Shown here piece by piece: positions 21,852 to 34,500 of a stretch of DNA of 64,000 nt. Every line of letters starts with the position of its first letter. The stretch's first letter is position 1. A program made the position numbers and the translations under genes. The DNA comes from an uncultured Planctomycetota bacterium (GTDB taxonomy: Bacteria; Planctomycetota; Planctomycetia; Pirellulales; Lacipirellulaceae). The notes under the pieces were generated by a model. That model searched no databases. It saw only the letters and a list, made by a program, of their open reading frames with translations, and was not told where the DNA came from. The DNA lies in contig CAVRBU010000004.1 of NCBI GenBank assembly GCA_963719315.1, positions 1 to 64,000 on the forward strand, read 5' to 3'.

Positions 21852-22146
21852 CGGCAACTCCTTAATCTCAATGTGGTGACTAATAAGCGAAAGAGCATGG
21901 ACGACTTATGGGTTCTGCCTCTCTCTGCCATAAATCACTGTCATGTACTCGCATGTACTCGCGATGGCACATCCCCTTTCCTGGCGCAGAACGCGCTCAA
22001 AGTGACTAGTTACCGCCTAATTCGAATGAAGTGTTTGAGTAGCGTGGGCGCGATTTTTTCCGCACCACTCGCGAGTTTAAACTATAATGACGGAGATTGC
22101 AATGATGTCCTATAAATTTCTTCCGTCTATTTCATTGAACAATCAA

Positions 22147-22174
22147 TTGTATTTACTCACCGCTGCAGTATAAT
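22147..22174 (+). promoter_or_regulatory. Sigma70-like promoter upstream of the LacI gene
   Basis: TTGTAT (22147-22152), 16-bp spacer, TATAAT (22169-22174) in an AT-rich divergent intergenic region. Confidence 0.5.
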
Positions 22175-22304
22175 GAATGCGACGGCTGTTTTCCGCTCGG
22201 GGCCGGGGCCGGGCGGGTGATCGACTTGGGCAACCTTAAGGCACCTCGGGGCCCGCCACGGGCGGGGGGGTGACGAATAATCCGCCTAGAAATTGCGAAT
22301 TTCC

Positions 22305-23429
22305 ATGTCCACTGCAGCCACCATTCTCAACGTTGCGCGAAAAGCCAAAGTCTCGTCAGGTACGGTCAGCCGGGTCCTGCGCCGTCATCCATCGGTGTCG
22401 GCAGAGAACATGCGTCGGGTTCAGTTGGCCGTTGAGTCGCTGAAATACGAGCCCCGCCATAAGAAAGCGTCGATGGAGGACGCCAATCCATTGGAGCGGA
22501 AAAACATATTGATGCTGTTTTTGGGTGAGGATCGCTCCGTCACCACACTTCCTGTCGTGTCATCCGTGAGCCAAGGGGTTCAGCGCGCCGTGGATTCAGC
22601 GCAAGCAGACTTGACCATTGTCGAAGTGCCGAGCGCCGACCATGTGCCTCACGTAATGAATCGAAAAGCATTCGACGGCATCATCATCAAGGGGCTGATC
22701 CTTGAAGACGTGACTCAGTCGTTTCACCCGGATTTGTTGGCGAGGCTTCGCGCCACGCCAACGGTGTGGGTGATCGGCCGAGCGGACAATTGGGGCGACG
22801 TAGTTGGATCGAACGACGTTCTGGTTGGCAAAATAGCGGCCGACTACCTGGTTTGGCACGGGCACCGGCGGCTGGCGTTCATCAACCCGAACCCAACGCA
22901 CGTGATGAAGTACAGTCAAAAGACCCAAGGGAGCAACTTTTCCGAAGACGCCGCAGCCGTTCACGCAACCGCGACCGGGCGACGGCAGGCTAGCTTCACC
23001 TTTTTCGCCCAGCAGGCGGGCGCGGAGGTTCAGGATTGCTTGGGCGAACCGGGCAAATGGCCATTTCCGTCGCCTGCGGTTAATCGTATTGAGATGGTGC
23101 AAGGCCTGGTTGATCGACTGTTGGTCCAAGAGGATCCGCCAACGGCTATTTTCGCGCCTAACGACAGCATCGGCGTGACCGTGGCGCGAGCGCTTGCGGT
23201 TCGTGGATTGCAAGCGGGGCGCGACATCAGCTTGATCTCGTGCAATAACGAGCAGCCCCTGCTGATGGGCGTTCACCCAGCGCTGGCGACCATCGACATC
23301 CACGCCGAGGAAATTGGCCGCCGTGCCGTAGACCAGTTGGCGTGGCGGCTGGTGCACCGCGACCGACCCGACTGCGAAGTTGCCATCGAGCCGACGCTCG
23401 TTGAAGGCGAGTCAGTCGCGACACTATGA
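22305..23429 (+). CDS. LacI-family transcriptional regulator
   Basis: TILNVARKAKVSSGTVSRVL HTH; GHRRLAFI, PTAIFAPND, LATID. Confidence 0.92.
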   Translation: MSTAATILNVARKAKVSSGTVSRVLRRHPSVSAENMRRVQLAVESLKYEPRHKKASMEDANPLERKNILMLFLGEDRSVTTLPVVSSVSQGVQRAVDSAQADLTIVEVPSADHVPHVMNRKAFDGIIIKGLILEDVTQSFHPDLLARLRATPTVWVIGRADNWGDVVGSNDVLVGKIAADYLVWHGHRRLAFINPNPTHVMKYSQKTQGSNFSEDAAAVHATATGRRQASFTFFAQQAGAEVQDCLGEPGKWPFPSPAVNRIEMVQGLVDRLLVQEDPPTAIFAPNDSIGVTVARALAVRGLQAGRDISLISCNNEQPLLMGVHPALATIDIHAEEIGRRAVDQLAWRLVHRDRPDCEVAIEPTLVEGESVATL

Positions 23430-23619
23430 GCGGCGACGTCGCGTCGCCATCGGTCAACAAGGTTCGAAGTAAGGGGAGGCAGAAGGCGGGAGAGGGTTTC
23501 GTCACGAAGATTTCGGGGTGAACTCGCGCGACCGCTACCCTACTATTATCGTCCGCTGCAGTCCCTCGTTTGCCGGAGTCCTGCGAGATGGAGCTGCCAG
23601 CGCCGGGAGACGCTCTGCC

Positions 23620-24465
23620 GTGACGCCCCAGATAATTCACGACGCATTTCGCTACGGCGACGCGGACCACGGCCACTACTTGCGCGAAGGCTATTGCTTT
23701 TTCGATCCGTTTCTCAGTAACGAGGGGCTGGCCTGGTGCCGACAGAATCTCGACGCGATGCTCGCGCGCTTGCAGCCGGGGCGCAACCCAGAGGAGATTC
23801 TATCCGCTCATCAGCAGGAACCGTGGCTTTGGGAGCTCGCGACGCATCCCAGGCTGCTCGACATGGTCGAGAAACAGATCGGCCCGAACATCGTGTTCTG
23901 GGCTTCGCAATGTCTGTGCAAGCCGCCACGATCTGGCCGGTCAGTGCCGTGGCATCAGGACGCGCCGTACTGGAATATTTCGGGCAAGTTGGCCGGCGGA
24001 ATTTGGATCGCACTGGACGACATCTGCGACGACAACGGTGCAATGGCTGTGCTTCCGCGTTGGCACACCAAAGGACAGCTCAAGATTCGCGAGCGGGGCG
24101 GCTCGTGGTTCAAGGATGAAATTGATCCGTCCGCCCTGCCGGCGAATGTCGAGGAGCTGCAGATCTCGTATTACTTAAAGGCCGGCTCCTTGGCAACGCA
24201 CGATACGATGATCCCGCATAGCTCGCTTCCGAACCGTTCGGATCGTTGGCGCCGAGTGATCGTGCTGCGTTACATGGATGCCGCCGGCCAGATGGGAGAC
24301 AAGATGTTCACCGACTACCGCACAGGTGAGCCATTCCCACGGCGGTTTTTCCTGGTGCGAGGCAACGATGTTGCCGGCAAAGGATTGCCCACATCGCCGT
24401 TTACCGCCACCGCGCAGGCCGCAGGATGGCACGGATGCCGGCCGGCGGTTCACGTCCCCTCGTGA
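23620..24465 (+). CDS. PhyH-family Fe(II)/2-oxoglutarate dioxygenase
   Basis: KPP...PWHQD, WIALDD...NG, distal HSS.PNRS..WRR; start uncertain (23518 or 23620). Confidence 0.85.
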   Translation: MTPQIIHDAFRYGDADHGHYLREGYCFFDPFLSNEGLAWCRQNLDAMLARLQPGRNPEEILSAHQQEPWLWELATHPRLLDMVEKQIGPNIVFWASQCLCKPPRSGRSVPWHQDAPYWNISGKLAGGIWIALDDICDDNGAMAVLPRWHTKGQLKIRERGGSWFKDEIDPSALPANVEELQISYYLKAGSLATHDTMIPHSSLPNRSDRWRRVIVLRYMDAAGQMGDKMFTDYRTGEPFPRRFFLVRGNDVAGKGLPTSPFTATAQAAGWHGCRPAVHVPS

Positions 24466-24517
24466 CTTTTTTTGTGAACCACGTCGTATTGCAACCGACG
24501 ACCTGACGAGACACGCC

Positions 24518-27500
24518 ATGACGCTTCTTAAATGCCTTCCCAAACCAACGAGTAATGATTTGAACTGGATTGTAGCATGCAGCCTATTGTTGCTGTTGGG
24601 ACAAGCCGGCGTATGCCGCGGGGGCGTTGAGCTGCAAAAGTCGATTTCACGTGAGAATCCGCTGCTTGGCGAAACCGGCAAAGCAATGTCGGTCGGGCTC
24701 GACGGAAAAGTGTACGTCAATAGCGGAATTTATCTTTTGCGAATGAATCCCGACGGCACGCACAAGATCGGCATCCAGATCGGGGCCGGCTTGAATCGCG
24801 TGGCGGTGGACGCACGAGGAAATATCGCTGCGCCCCGCACTCCGCACCGCGGCCGGCACGTCGCGTTGTACAACTCAAAATTCGAGGAGCTGGGGAGCGT
24901 GGGCGGATTCCTAAGCGACGAACATTTGAATTGGGCCTCCCCGAGCGATGTGCAGGTGGGTGAAAGCGGCGACTTTTATGCAATGGATCAGCATCACAAT
25001 CGCATTTTGCAAATCGCGCTGCCGGGAAAGGTCGTCGCCGAGTATTCGCTAAAGCCCACCGGCCAGGATTTTGTCGACACGGAGCCGCAATTGCGCGTCG
25101 TCGAATCGCTCAAACGATTTTACATCGGCGGCAGTAGTAAGATCTACGCTCTGGGATTTGACGGCACGCTGGCGTGGGCGATTCCCGCCAAGGTCGTCGA
25201 TTCGGAAGACGTGATGGACGCGGATGATGAGGGCAACCTGTACCTGCTCAACAGCGAAACCGATACGATCAAAGTCTACGGGCCCGATGGCAAGACGCGC
25301 GAGCCTATCCCATTGAAAATGGACGAACTCAGCAAAGGGCAACGACAGCAACACTATGCTTCGCTCGAAATGGTCGGCGACGAAGTGTTTCTCAAGCGAC
25401 ATCGCGGAGCGCACCCGACGGAGCTTTTCCGCGTCTATAACCGCCAAACTGGCCAGTTGAAGCGCGTCATTTACGGCGATGCCGAATTGGTTAAGGCGGA
25501 GTTTCCCAGCACCACATGGACGGCGGATGAATCGTTGCCCGTCAACGTCAAGGTAATAGCGAAGGACAAGGCCCGGCGCCCGATTGGCCGGTGCGAATTG
25601 CGCGGCTCAACGATTCCCAGTGGATCACGCTTCCGATTGTGGATGGCCGGGTGACGCCGCCCGCCGATGCCGGCGGGCTGTACGTCGTACGCGTTGGTTA
25701 CGGCGAATATAAGTTGGAAGAAATCGTTGAAATTCGCCAACCCGCCAGCAAAGGAACCGTCAACGTGCTGACGCCGTTGAACCGCGTTTACTTCGGGAGA
25801 GGCGAGGAGATTCCGGTACGGGTGATCGTCCGCGGCCCCGCGCCGAAGGAACTCTCGCTCGAGCTGCAGATGGACGGCGAGCTGGTGCAGCGCAACGCCA
25901 TCAAGCTTGCCGGCGGTACCGCGACGACCAGGCTGCCCGCGTCGTTTACCTCCCAGCTGAGGCCCGGCAACTACCTGCTGACCGCCACAGCTTCCGGATA
26001 CACGATCGCGCCGCAGCCGTTGCTCTTAGGTCCCGGGCTGCCGCAAAGACCGGTGTTTAGCGTCGTTCAAGGTGGCGACGGCGGCGGCGTAACCACCGTG
26101 GGCACTGCTTACGAAGGAGCGGAAGTGTTGGTTGCTCATATGAAGAACATGCGCCGTCTGGGCACAAACATGATTATGTCGCGCGCCGGCTACCTGAAGC
26201 TCAACGAGCCAACCGGTTTGGAAGCCATCGAGAAGCGGCTTGCAAACGATCCTCTTGGCGTAGCACCCGAGAAAGCGCAGGTCGAGAATTTGCCGCGGCA
26301 GACCATCGCTGCCCACGGAGCGTTCGGCATCGAGCAACAAATGATTCTATTGCACATGGATACCATGGTGCCATTCCTGCCTGAAGGAGCAGCCTACACC
26401 GGAGGCATGATGCCACGGGCGTATCTCTCTCAGCAACGCAAGGGAGTGCAGGAGACAAGCAAGTTGCTGATGTCCTATCCGGCATTTCGCGGCTGGAGCT
26501 GGGCGTGCAATTGGTGGATCAACATGGACGAATCGTTGCGGCAGCCTTCCGAAGCGGCCGGTGAAAAGCTTCACCAAAGTATTATCGACAAATTCGAAAC
26601 CGCCCTGGAAAAAACGGCGACGTTGGAACTCAGAGTTTGAAGCACTCTCGGCACCGTGGGTCAATGCAATTCCCGACACGGAGCACGATCTCAACACGGC
26701 GCTCCAGGAAGTCGCACCTGGCAAGGTCAATGCGGCAACCGGGCCTTACCGGCAGCCGTGGATCATCCCACCGATCACTTTCCGCAATGTGAAAGAGGTC
26801 GACTTGTTCCTGCAATCTGAGCAAATCCAGCCGCCGTATACGACGCCCCACAATGTCGATTTTTACAAACGGCCTGATAAACGCGCTTGGGGACACGTCG
26901 AAGCCGGCGGCGAGGACGGGCTTGGTTACCAGGCGCCACCCATCATCTTGATGCAGGCCATGCGCGGCGCCGACGGCACCGGCTGGGAAGGTCCCTTTCG
27001 GCGCAAGCCGAGCGGCCGACGCGGCAACTCGACCTCTGGCATGGACAACGATGTACGCTCGACTGGGCAAGGCGGCGTTTCGGTTTTGCGCGCGCTGGCG
27101 CCACGCTCAGACAATATGGGCCGTGGTTGACAACGCTGGAAGGCAACGACCCCCTGGCCATAGTTGTCTCAACCAGGATGCTGCGCACCGACAATTGGAG
27201 CCACGGCGTCGTCGGCTCGGGCATTTACTTCAATCGGCTTTTCGAAGCGTACACGGCCTGCATGTTCGCTCATCGCCCGGCGTCGTTCGTGTTTACCGAG
27301 GACGTGAAGCCCGGAACGCTCGAAAGGTTTAAAGCCGTGCTCGTCGTGGGGCAGCAATTCGAGCTCGACCCGGCGCTCGCAAAGGCATTAGCAAGCGCGC
27401 GCGAGGCCGGAGTACCAATCTTCTACGACGGCTCCTGCCGGGAAAAACATGTGCAAGGGTTCGAGCCGCTGAATCTGGCCTTCAACCAACTTGAAAACGA

Positions 27501-29866
27501 TTCGCACACAATGAACGATGACGCGGCGTATTGGCGGGTCCCGCGACTCTACAAAGAGCACGCTGCCAAACTGGCTGATCGCCTGGGCAGCTTCGTTCCG
27601 CCCGTTGCCGTCGCGAATAACCCCGAAGTTATGCTCACCGAGCGTCGCCAAGGCAGCGGACGATTTGTGTGGGTGGTGAACAACGATTTGCCCGACTGGG
27701 AGCCAGGGCTGATGTGGCGCGTGGGGAACTTCAGCACGAGTCGAGTCGGTCAAAAAGTGCCGATCGATTTGAATTCCAAGGGACGAACGGTGTACGACCT
27801 GTTCGCTCAAAAAGAGGTAAAGGGCGGCGTGGTCGCCGACTTGCAGCAACTGCCAGCGAGAGTCTTTGCCGTGCTTCCAGGGCCGATCCAATCAGTACAG
27901 CTCGAAGCACCGGCAAACGTGAAAGCGGGCCAGACTTTCTCGTGGAAAGTCGCCGTCAACGGCCCGAAGACGAGTTATCCCCTGCGGCTTCGGTTAACTG
28001 ACTCTACCGGAACTCTCATCGAGGAACGCTTCCCAACGTCAACCGACGGGGAAATGACTGCCCCGCTCAATACAACACCAACCCTCACGCTGGAAGTGCG
28101 CGAACTGATTAGCGGAAAGCAGGGACGACAGACTATTGAGGTTGGCGGCGTTAAGAAGGTCACGCCAACGCCCAGCGAAAGCCTGGTTGATGCGACGGCG
28201 CCTATTGAGACGCTGTACGGCCCGCACTTGCGCGACATCGCGATCAGCGCCGACGGTTCGTCCGCGCTCATCAACGCGATGAATTGGGAGGACAACTACT
28301 ATCTGCTCGACCCGGCTAGCGGTGCCGTGAAGAAGCAGGGCCACGTAGGGCACCAATTTGCGTTCGGTCCCGTTGCCACGTCCGCCGGCTTTTTTGTCCA
28401 GGGATACGATGTCACCACCGGCGAAGGCTATCATCTCTACGACCTTGGCAAGGACGGAAAACCGACTCGCCGTTTTGCCCTGTACGGCCTGCCGGACCGC
28501 TGGCAGATCTGGCGCAAATGGGCATTCTGACCGATCGAGTGAACAATTTCGCGGTCCCATCGTCCGGGCAGTGGATTGCCACGGCCAGCAATCTTGGCCT
28601 GATTGTGTGGGATGCTTCGGGAAAGAAACTGTGGTTGCACGACTGGTGGAAAAGGCCGGCGCGAGGTATTTCTGCTTGTCCCCGACGATCAAACGCTGGT
28701 AACTCTGGCGGATATGACGGCCACCGCCTATCGAGCGACAACGGGCGAGAAGCTGTGGGAAGTTAAACTCGCAGAAACCGGGCTTTTCGAAGGCGGAGCG
28801 GTCAGTGCCGATGGCCACACCGTCGCGGCGTACTCTCACGTCGATTCCGGGCGACGTTTACATCTTGCGCGATGGGACACTGATTAATACGTTTATGGTG
28901 ATGGCCGACAACGTGTACCTCTCGCCCGACGGCCGGTTCGTCCTGATGCTGGTCGGCGGCGATGAACTGCGGCGCTACGGGTCGGATGGCGGCTTGGAGT
29001 GGATGTTCCAGGGTAACGACTACTTGATCGGACCGCACATTTCACCTGACGGAAAGAAGATCGTTGTCGGCGACCATTCGGGGTCGCTGTATGTCCTCGA
29101 CGAACACGGCCAGAAAGTTTTCGAGCGCGATTGCGGTGCTGTGCCCACAGCGGCCTGGCTCGCCGCCGATGACTTACTCGTGGCGACGTGGATGGGCAAC
29201 GTCTTCCGGCTCGACGCCAAGGGCAGCGAGAAGTGGCGCGTCCATTTGAACCCGCATGCCGAATCTCGATTGGCATCGAAGCCCGTCGCCGAGCATATGC
29301 CAACGTTCAAGTCGCCGTGGGGCAATGCAGAAAGCCAACCGGCGGCTGTCACGCCGAATTTGTTGACTCGCGGCGACGCAAGTTTCCGCGTTACGCAGGC
29401 GTATTCGCCGTTCAGAGATCAAGGCATGAGACAGCCGACCGATTCACTGACCGATGGCAAGCCTCAACCACCTGACGAACCGTGGCTCTCGTGGACTTCG
29501 CTTCACAATTTGGACTTCTTCAAGGTGGCGCTGGAGGTAGACGTGAAGAGACCGCTGCGCGTAACGGGGGTGACGTTTGTCGAAGACGCCGCCCACCCCG
29601 AATCATGGCTACGCGACATGCGAATACAGGTGTGGGACACGGCCGCTGCGAAGTGGCGGGACGGTCCTTACCTGCTTTCCGACGCGGCGGTCCACACGCA
29701 CACGTTTGAGAAGCCGCTCGAGGGATCAAAATTCCGTTTTATTGGCACCGGCGACATGTTGTTGGAATGGCGCTGGCCGATGGGGAACATTCGCCTGGCT
29801 GAGATCGTGTTTCACGGCGAACCGCTCCGAACCGCCAAATCGGGCCGACCAGAAGTGAAACCGTAG
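24518..29866 (+). CDS. Giant secreted multidomain protein (~1780 aa, about six frameshifts): NHL propeller, barrel-like core, PQQ/WD-like propeller, C-terminal beta-sandwich
   Basis: Consecutive overlapping ORFs from 24278 to 29866 in shifting frames; signal-like N-terminus; SPSDVQVGESGDFYAMDQHHNRI; FKAVLVVGQ; AISADG/SPDG repeats. Confidence 0.65.
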
Positions 29867-29894
29867 CAGGCGAACCTTGTCGAACGGACAGGCG

Positions 29895-31478
29895 ATGAAC
29901 GTTTTTTACTGCGCGAGTACGATTCCACAGGCCGTTGCGGCCGCGGTGTGTCTTGTCATCTCGAGCTGGTGCGGCGTCGTTCAGTCGGCAAGCCGGGATG
30001 AGTCGCCGAATATCATTATTGTCCTGGCTGACGATCTCGGCTACGGCGATGTCCACTGCTATGATCCCGACCATTGTTGCGTTGCCACGCCAAATATCGA
30101 TCGCTTGGCCCAGCAAGGGCTGATGTTCACCGACGCCCACGCGAGCGCCTCCATTTGCTCACCCAGCCGCTATAGCGTGCTTACCGGGCGATATCCTTGG
30201 AGGTCGAAGCTCCAAGAGCACGTCCTTCACGTTCATGGCACACCGATCATCGAGCGCGATCGGCTCACGCTTGCCAAACTGTTGCAACAACAAGGCTACC
30301 GCACCGCTTGCATCGGCAAATGGCACCTGGGCTGGAATTGGCCGCTGGCTAAGGAGGATGGCACTTTCGAATATGCGCCCGACGGCGAGTTTCACCAACA
30401 GCGTGGCCCCGAGCGCGAAATTGCCTTCGACCTGCCGATCCTCGATGGCCCCACCACGCGCGGCTTCGACGAATACTTCGGCGTGGACGTGCCCAACCAT
30501 CCTCCCTATACGTTTATCAGGAACGATCGCATGACGGTGTCGCCCACGGAGAGAAAGACTCGGCACAGCCGGATCGAATGGGGATTGGAAGGGCCGATGG
30601 CGCCCGGTTGGCGGTTCGACCGAATCCTGCCGACACTTGTCGAGCAGTCGCAAGACTTCATCGCTCGCTGCGCTGCGAGCAAGCAACCGTTCTTTCTTTA
30701 TTTATCGCTCACAACGCCGCACGAACCGATCGCTCCTTCGGAATCATTCAAAGACAAAAGCAGTATTTGCGACGTTGCCGATCTAATCATGGAAACCGAC
30801 GCAGCGCTCGGCAGCGTGATGGAGGCCCTGAAAGAACACGGCGTTGCAAAAAACACACTCCTCGTTTTTACCTCCGACAATGGCCATTGTCGCTACACCG
30901 ATCTGGGGCCCTTTCAAGCCCACGATCATCGCGTCGCCGGCCCGTATCGCGGTTGCAAATTGGATATCTGGGAAGGCGGTCATCGCGTGCCGATGATTGT
31001 CCGATGGCAGAACTTCGTGAAAACCAATCATCGTATCGATCAGCTTGTTTGTCTTTCCAATTGGCTCGCCACATGCGCTGAATTTCTCGGCGTAACGCTT
31101 CCACCCAACGCCGGGGAAGACAGCGTCAGCATACTGCCGCTAATTCGCGGCGAAAACCTGCCGGTACGCGAGACTCTCATCAGTCAGGGCAGTTCTGCAC
31201 GTGTGCTGGCAATTCGCCGTGGTCCGTGGAAACTTGTGTTTCGTGCTGCCGACGATGATGCCGGCCTCCCGACGGTGCAATTGTTCAACCTCGTCGAAGA
31301 CCCGCGCGAAAAACTGAATCGCGCCCAACAGCATTCTGAACTTGTCCGCGAACTGAGCGCGCTATTGCAGTCGTCTGTTAAAAAGGGCCGGAGCACGCCT
31401 GGCCCAGCTCAGAAGAACGACATGCCCGTGGAACTGGAGTTTCCAACTGACGCCAGCGACACCAAAACGCGCGACTGA
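29895..31478 (+). CDS. Arylsulfatase (Cys-type, formylglycine-dependent)
   Basis: PNIIIVLADDLG, CSPSRYSVLTGR, GKWHLG, SDNG, EGGHRVP. Confidence 0.93.
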   Translation: MNVFYCASTIPQAVAAAVCLVISSWCGVVQSASRDESPNIIIVLADDLGYGDVHCYDPDHCCVATPNIDRLAQQGLMFTDAHASASICSPSRYSVLTGRYPWRSKLQEHVLHVHGTPIIERDRLTLAKLLQQQGYRTACIGKWHLGWNWPLAKEDGTFEYAPDGEFHQQRGPEREIAFDLPILDGPTTRGFDEYFGVDVPNHPPYTFIRNDRMTVSPTERKTRHSRIEWGLEGPMAPGWRFDRILPTLVEQSQDFIARCAASKQPFFLYLSLTTPHEPIAPSESFKDKSSICDVADLIMETDAALGSVMEALKEHGVAKNTLLVFTSDNGHCRYTDLGPFQAHDHRVAGPYRGCKLDIWEGGHRVPMIVRWQNFVKTNHRIDQLVCLSNWLATCAEFLGVTLPPNAGEDSVSILPLIRGENLPVRETLISQGSSARVLAIRRGPWKLVFRAADDDAGLPTVQLFNLVEDPREKLNRAQQHSELVRELSALLQSSVKKGRSTPGPAQKNDMPVELEFPTDASDTKTRD

Positions 31479-31521
31479 GGCATGCGCGAGCCTAGAAAAT
31501 TACCCAACCCGAGAGAGTAGC

Positions 31522-34500
31522 ATGCGCCGAATCGAGATCTTGACTGCCGTCCTGTTGATCAGTCGCGGGCTGATGGAGGCGCGCGGTGCAGAAAGTTTGC
31601 AGGATCGCCTCCAAAATGTGAAGCCTGGTCAAACCGTGCAGCTTCCCGCCGGCGAATTTCGGGGCGGCGTGACCTTGCCCGAGGGAGTGAGCTTGCAAGG
31701 TGCCGGCTACGGGAAAACGACCATCGACGCTAACGGAGCCGAAAACGGGTTGGTTGTTCACGGTGGAACCGGCGCTACCATCAGCGATCTGACGGTGCAG
31801 GATGCGGCGGGAGCGAATGTACTGGTGGAGGGCGCGGCCAACATCACTTTGCGGCGCGTGCGTGTCAGCGGCGGACTAATCGGTGTGAGCGCGGCTAACA
31901 GTCGGCAATGCCGCGTTGAGAACGTAGTGGCAGACGCGAACCGGTACGGCCTCGTGATCGCGGGCGGCGAGAACAACGTAGTGGTGAACTGTACCCTGGC
32001 CGGCAACACTTGTGTGGGATTGAGCCTTCCGTCCGGCCAACTGCGCGGTGGCTTTCAACAATTGCATCACCGACAGCGCAACAGCGGTGCTAGTCGGAGA
32101 GCAGGCTACAGGCCTAACTGTTGACCACAACCTCTATCTCAGCTTCAGCATCGGCAAGTTCCGCTCGCAATTAGTGCGCAAGACGATCGAGAACTGGCGA
32201 TACCTCAGTGGGCTGGATGCTCACTCGGTCAGCATTCCTGTGAAGTACGAGGACGCGGCCAAGGGTCTGTTCAAGGCGGTCAACGTATTGGACTGGGCTT
32301 TGGATCGCCCCGTCACGGCCGCTTGGGGATCAGCCAGACTGGCGGGCAAGGAGGCGCCGACCGAGGACATCGACGGTGTAAAACGGCCCACCGCGCCGGC
32401 AGTGGGAGCATACGAAGTCTCTACGCGGGCGCCACGAGCAGCAGATGGCGAGTTCATCGTATCTTCGGGACAGGGCGTCACCAGTGCCGGCGTCTTCGAC
32501 TCCAACGACAAATTGGTGGCCTACCTGTTTCAGACGCTTCCGCTGGCCCAGGGAAAATATTCCTTCTGGTTGCCGTCGCGTACTTACCGAGCAGAGCCCA
32601 TTGAGGCTGGCGACTACGAGGTTCGCGTCCTGGAAAGCAAGTTGGACTGGAAATACAAGGGCTTTATCGGCAACACAGGTGCCCCGGACGTTGTTAACGC
32701 CAGCCCACCCGGCAACATCGATGCACTGGCCTTTGACAATCACGGCCGACTACACGTCGGATGTGGTATAAGCGAGGCGCACGTCAACATCCGCTCTTGC
32801 GATGCGGCGACGGGCAAATGGCGCTGGTTGTTCAACGGCACTTCGGCAATGCACGGTCTGGCGTCGGCATCGGACGGCCTGCTATATGTGCTGAGGCAGG
32901 ACGCGAATCAGATGCGCCTGTCGCGGCTCGACGCGGCAACCGGCGAGGTCTCGCCGTGGGGCAAAACGGATTACGGATCTTTGCCATTCAAGAAAGGCGC
33001 CAACTGTACCGGCTTGGCGTCGCTCGGCAACAAACTCTTCTTCACGGATACAGTTGGCAATGCAGTGCGAATCGGAACAACCGAATCGCCGGAGTCGGAC
33101 ACGGCTATCGAGGTCAAGCAACCCTTGAGCCCCGCAGCCGATAATAGGACCAACGTCGTGTGGGTGATTAGCGGTGGCGAGAAGCTTGTCGCAGTGTCCG
33201 CAGACGGCAAGCTCGTCGGCCAATCGCAGGCGGTCGAGCAGCCCATGTCGATTGCGGTGCGCGATGGCCGCCTCGCAGTGGCGTCGAGAAAGTCCGGCAA
33301 GGTTCACTTGTTTGACTGTTCCGATCCGTCCGAGCTTAAGCCATTAAGCACACTGGGTCGCGGTGACGGTCCGGATGGTCTGATTCTGTCGGATCGCTTT
33401 TGGTTCCAATGGGGGGAGAAGGTGAACTTGGCATTGGGTCCCAACGGTCAGGTGGCGGTTGGCGAGGCGGAAGGGCGGCTCCAAGTTTTCGACCGAGAAG
33501 GCAATCTCATTTGGTGGTCGTTCTCGATCTGGGGCGCTGGGGCGGCGCCCTCGAGGCTCACGCCAGGGCGAGTTTTCAGCGGGCCGTTCACCATGCTGCT
33601 GGACGGCGAAAAGAGCACGTGGCGGCTTGAGTCGTTCCACCGTGCGCTGAATGACGGGAGGATACTCGGCGATTGCCAAATTGGCGGAAACACGTTTGTC
33701 GTGCTCAATTCGCTCAGGGCCGGCGACGCGACTCCCGGAGAAAAAAAGCCGTCCTACTGGATGCGGATCTCGTTTGTGAACTTCACGCCCGAGAAGGCTA
33801 CGCAGGTTGGCGGCATGGTTTGGAAGTCGGTCAGAACTCCCAACGAGCCCTGGACGTATCGATACGACGACAATCGGGACGGCCAAGTAGACCAGAACGA
33901 CAAGGTCGCATTCACTTTGACGGATGCCGAAGGCAAGCTGATCACCAGGCCGCTCTTCGACCATCGTTTCACTTACCTGCAGCCAAACGGCGAACTGACG
34001 ATAAGCGGAAGTGGGGAAGGCTGGTTGGCTCGCTGGCCCTGCGCTGGGCTGGACGAGCACGGCTCACCTACCTATCGCTACGCCGATCGGGTCGTATTAA
34101 CCGGCGAAAAAGACGCCGTCATCTCACCCTACGATCACAAGCCCACAGGCCCCGGCATGGCCGACCACATGCTGCGTGGCAACGGCGGCTGGGTGGGCCT
34201 CAAACGGTGCAGCGGTGCGCCCTGGAAAGTGATGATTAACAACGGCGGCACCGATATTGTCGCCATCGACGATCAACACCAGGTCGACTGGGTGCAGCCG
34301 CTGGCCCATGTCAACGTCGTCGGTTCGCTCACCAGTGGCGATGGCCTGTACATCGCCGCGTTGGCCGACAGCTACGATTGCTTGGTGCTCAATGATGATG
34401 GGCTGATGCTCAACGGCTTCAGTCCGGCCGCAGGGGCGGGATATGTCGGCCACTGGGTCGACGACCCTACGACGGTTCGAACGTTTGTGGACCAACAGGG

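Noticed and set aside
21942..21961. CATGTACTCG tandem repeat as the LacI operator
   Set aside because: It is a direct repeat without the palindromic CG-centred form typical of LacI operators; no convincing operator was identified.
22596..23357. Long antisense ORFs such as this one, 4341-5132, 6026-6688 and 59692-60366
   Set aside because: Shadow frames of well-supported genes in GC-rich DNA, with no motifs of their own.
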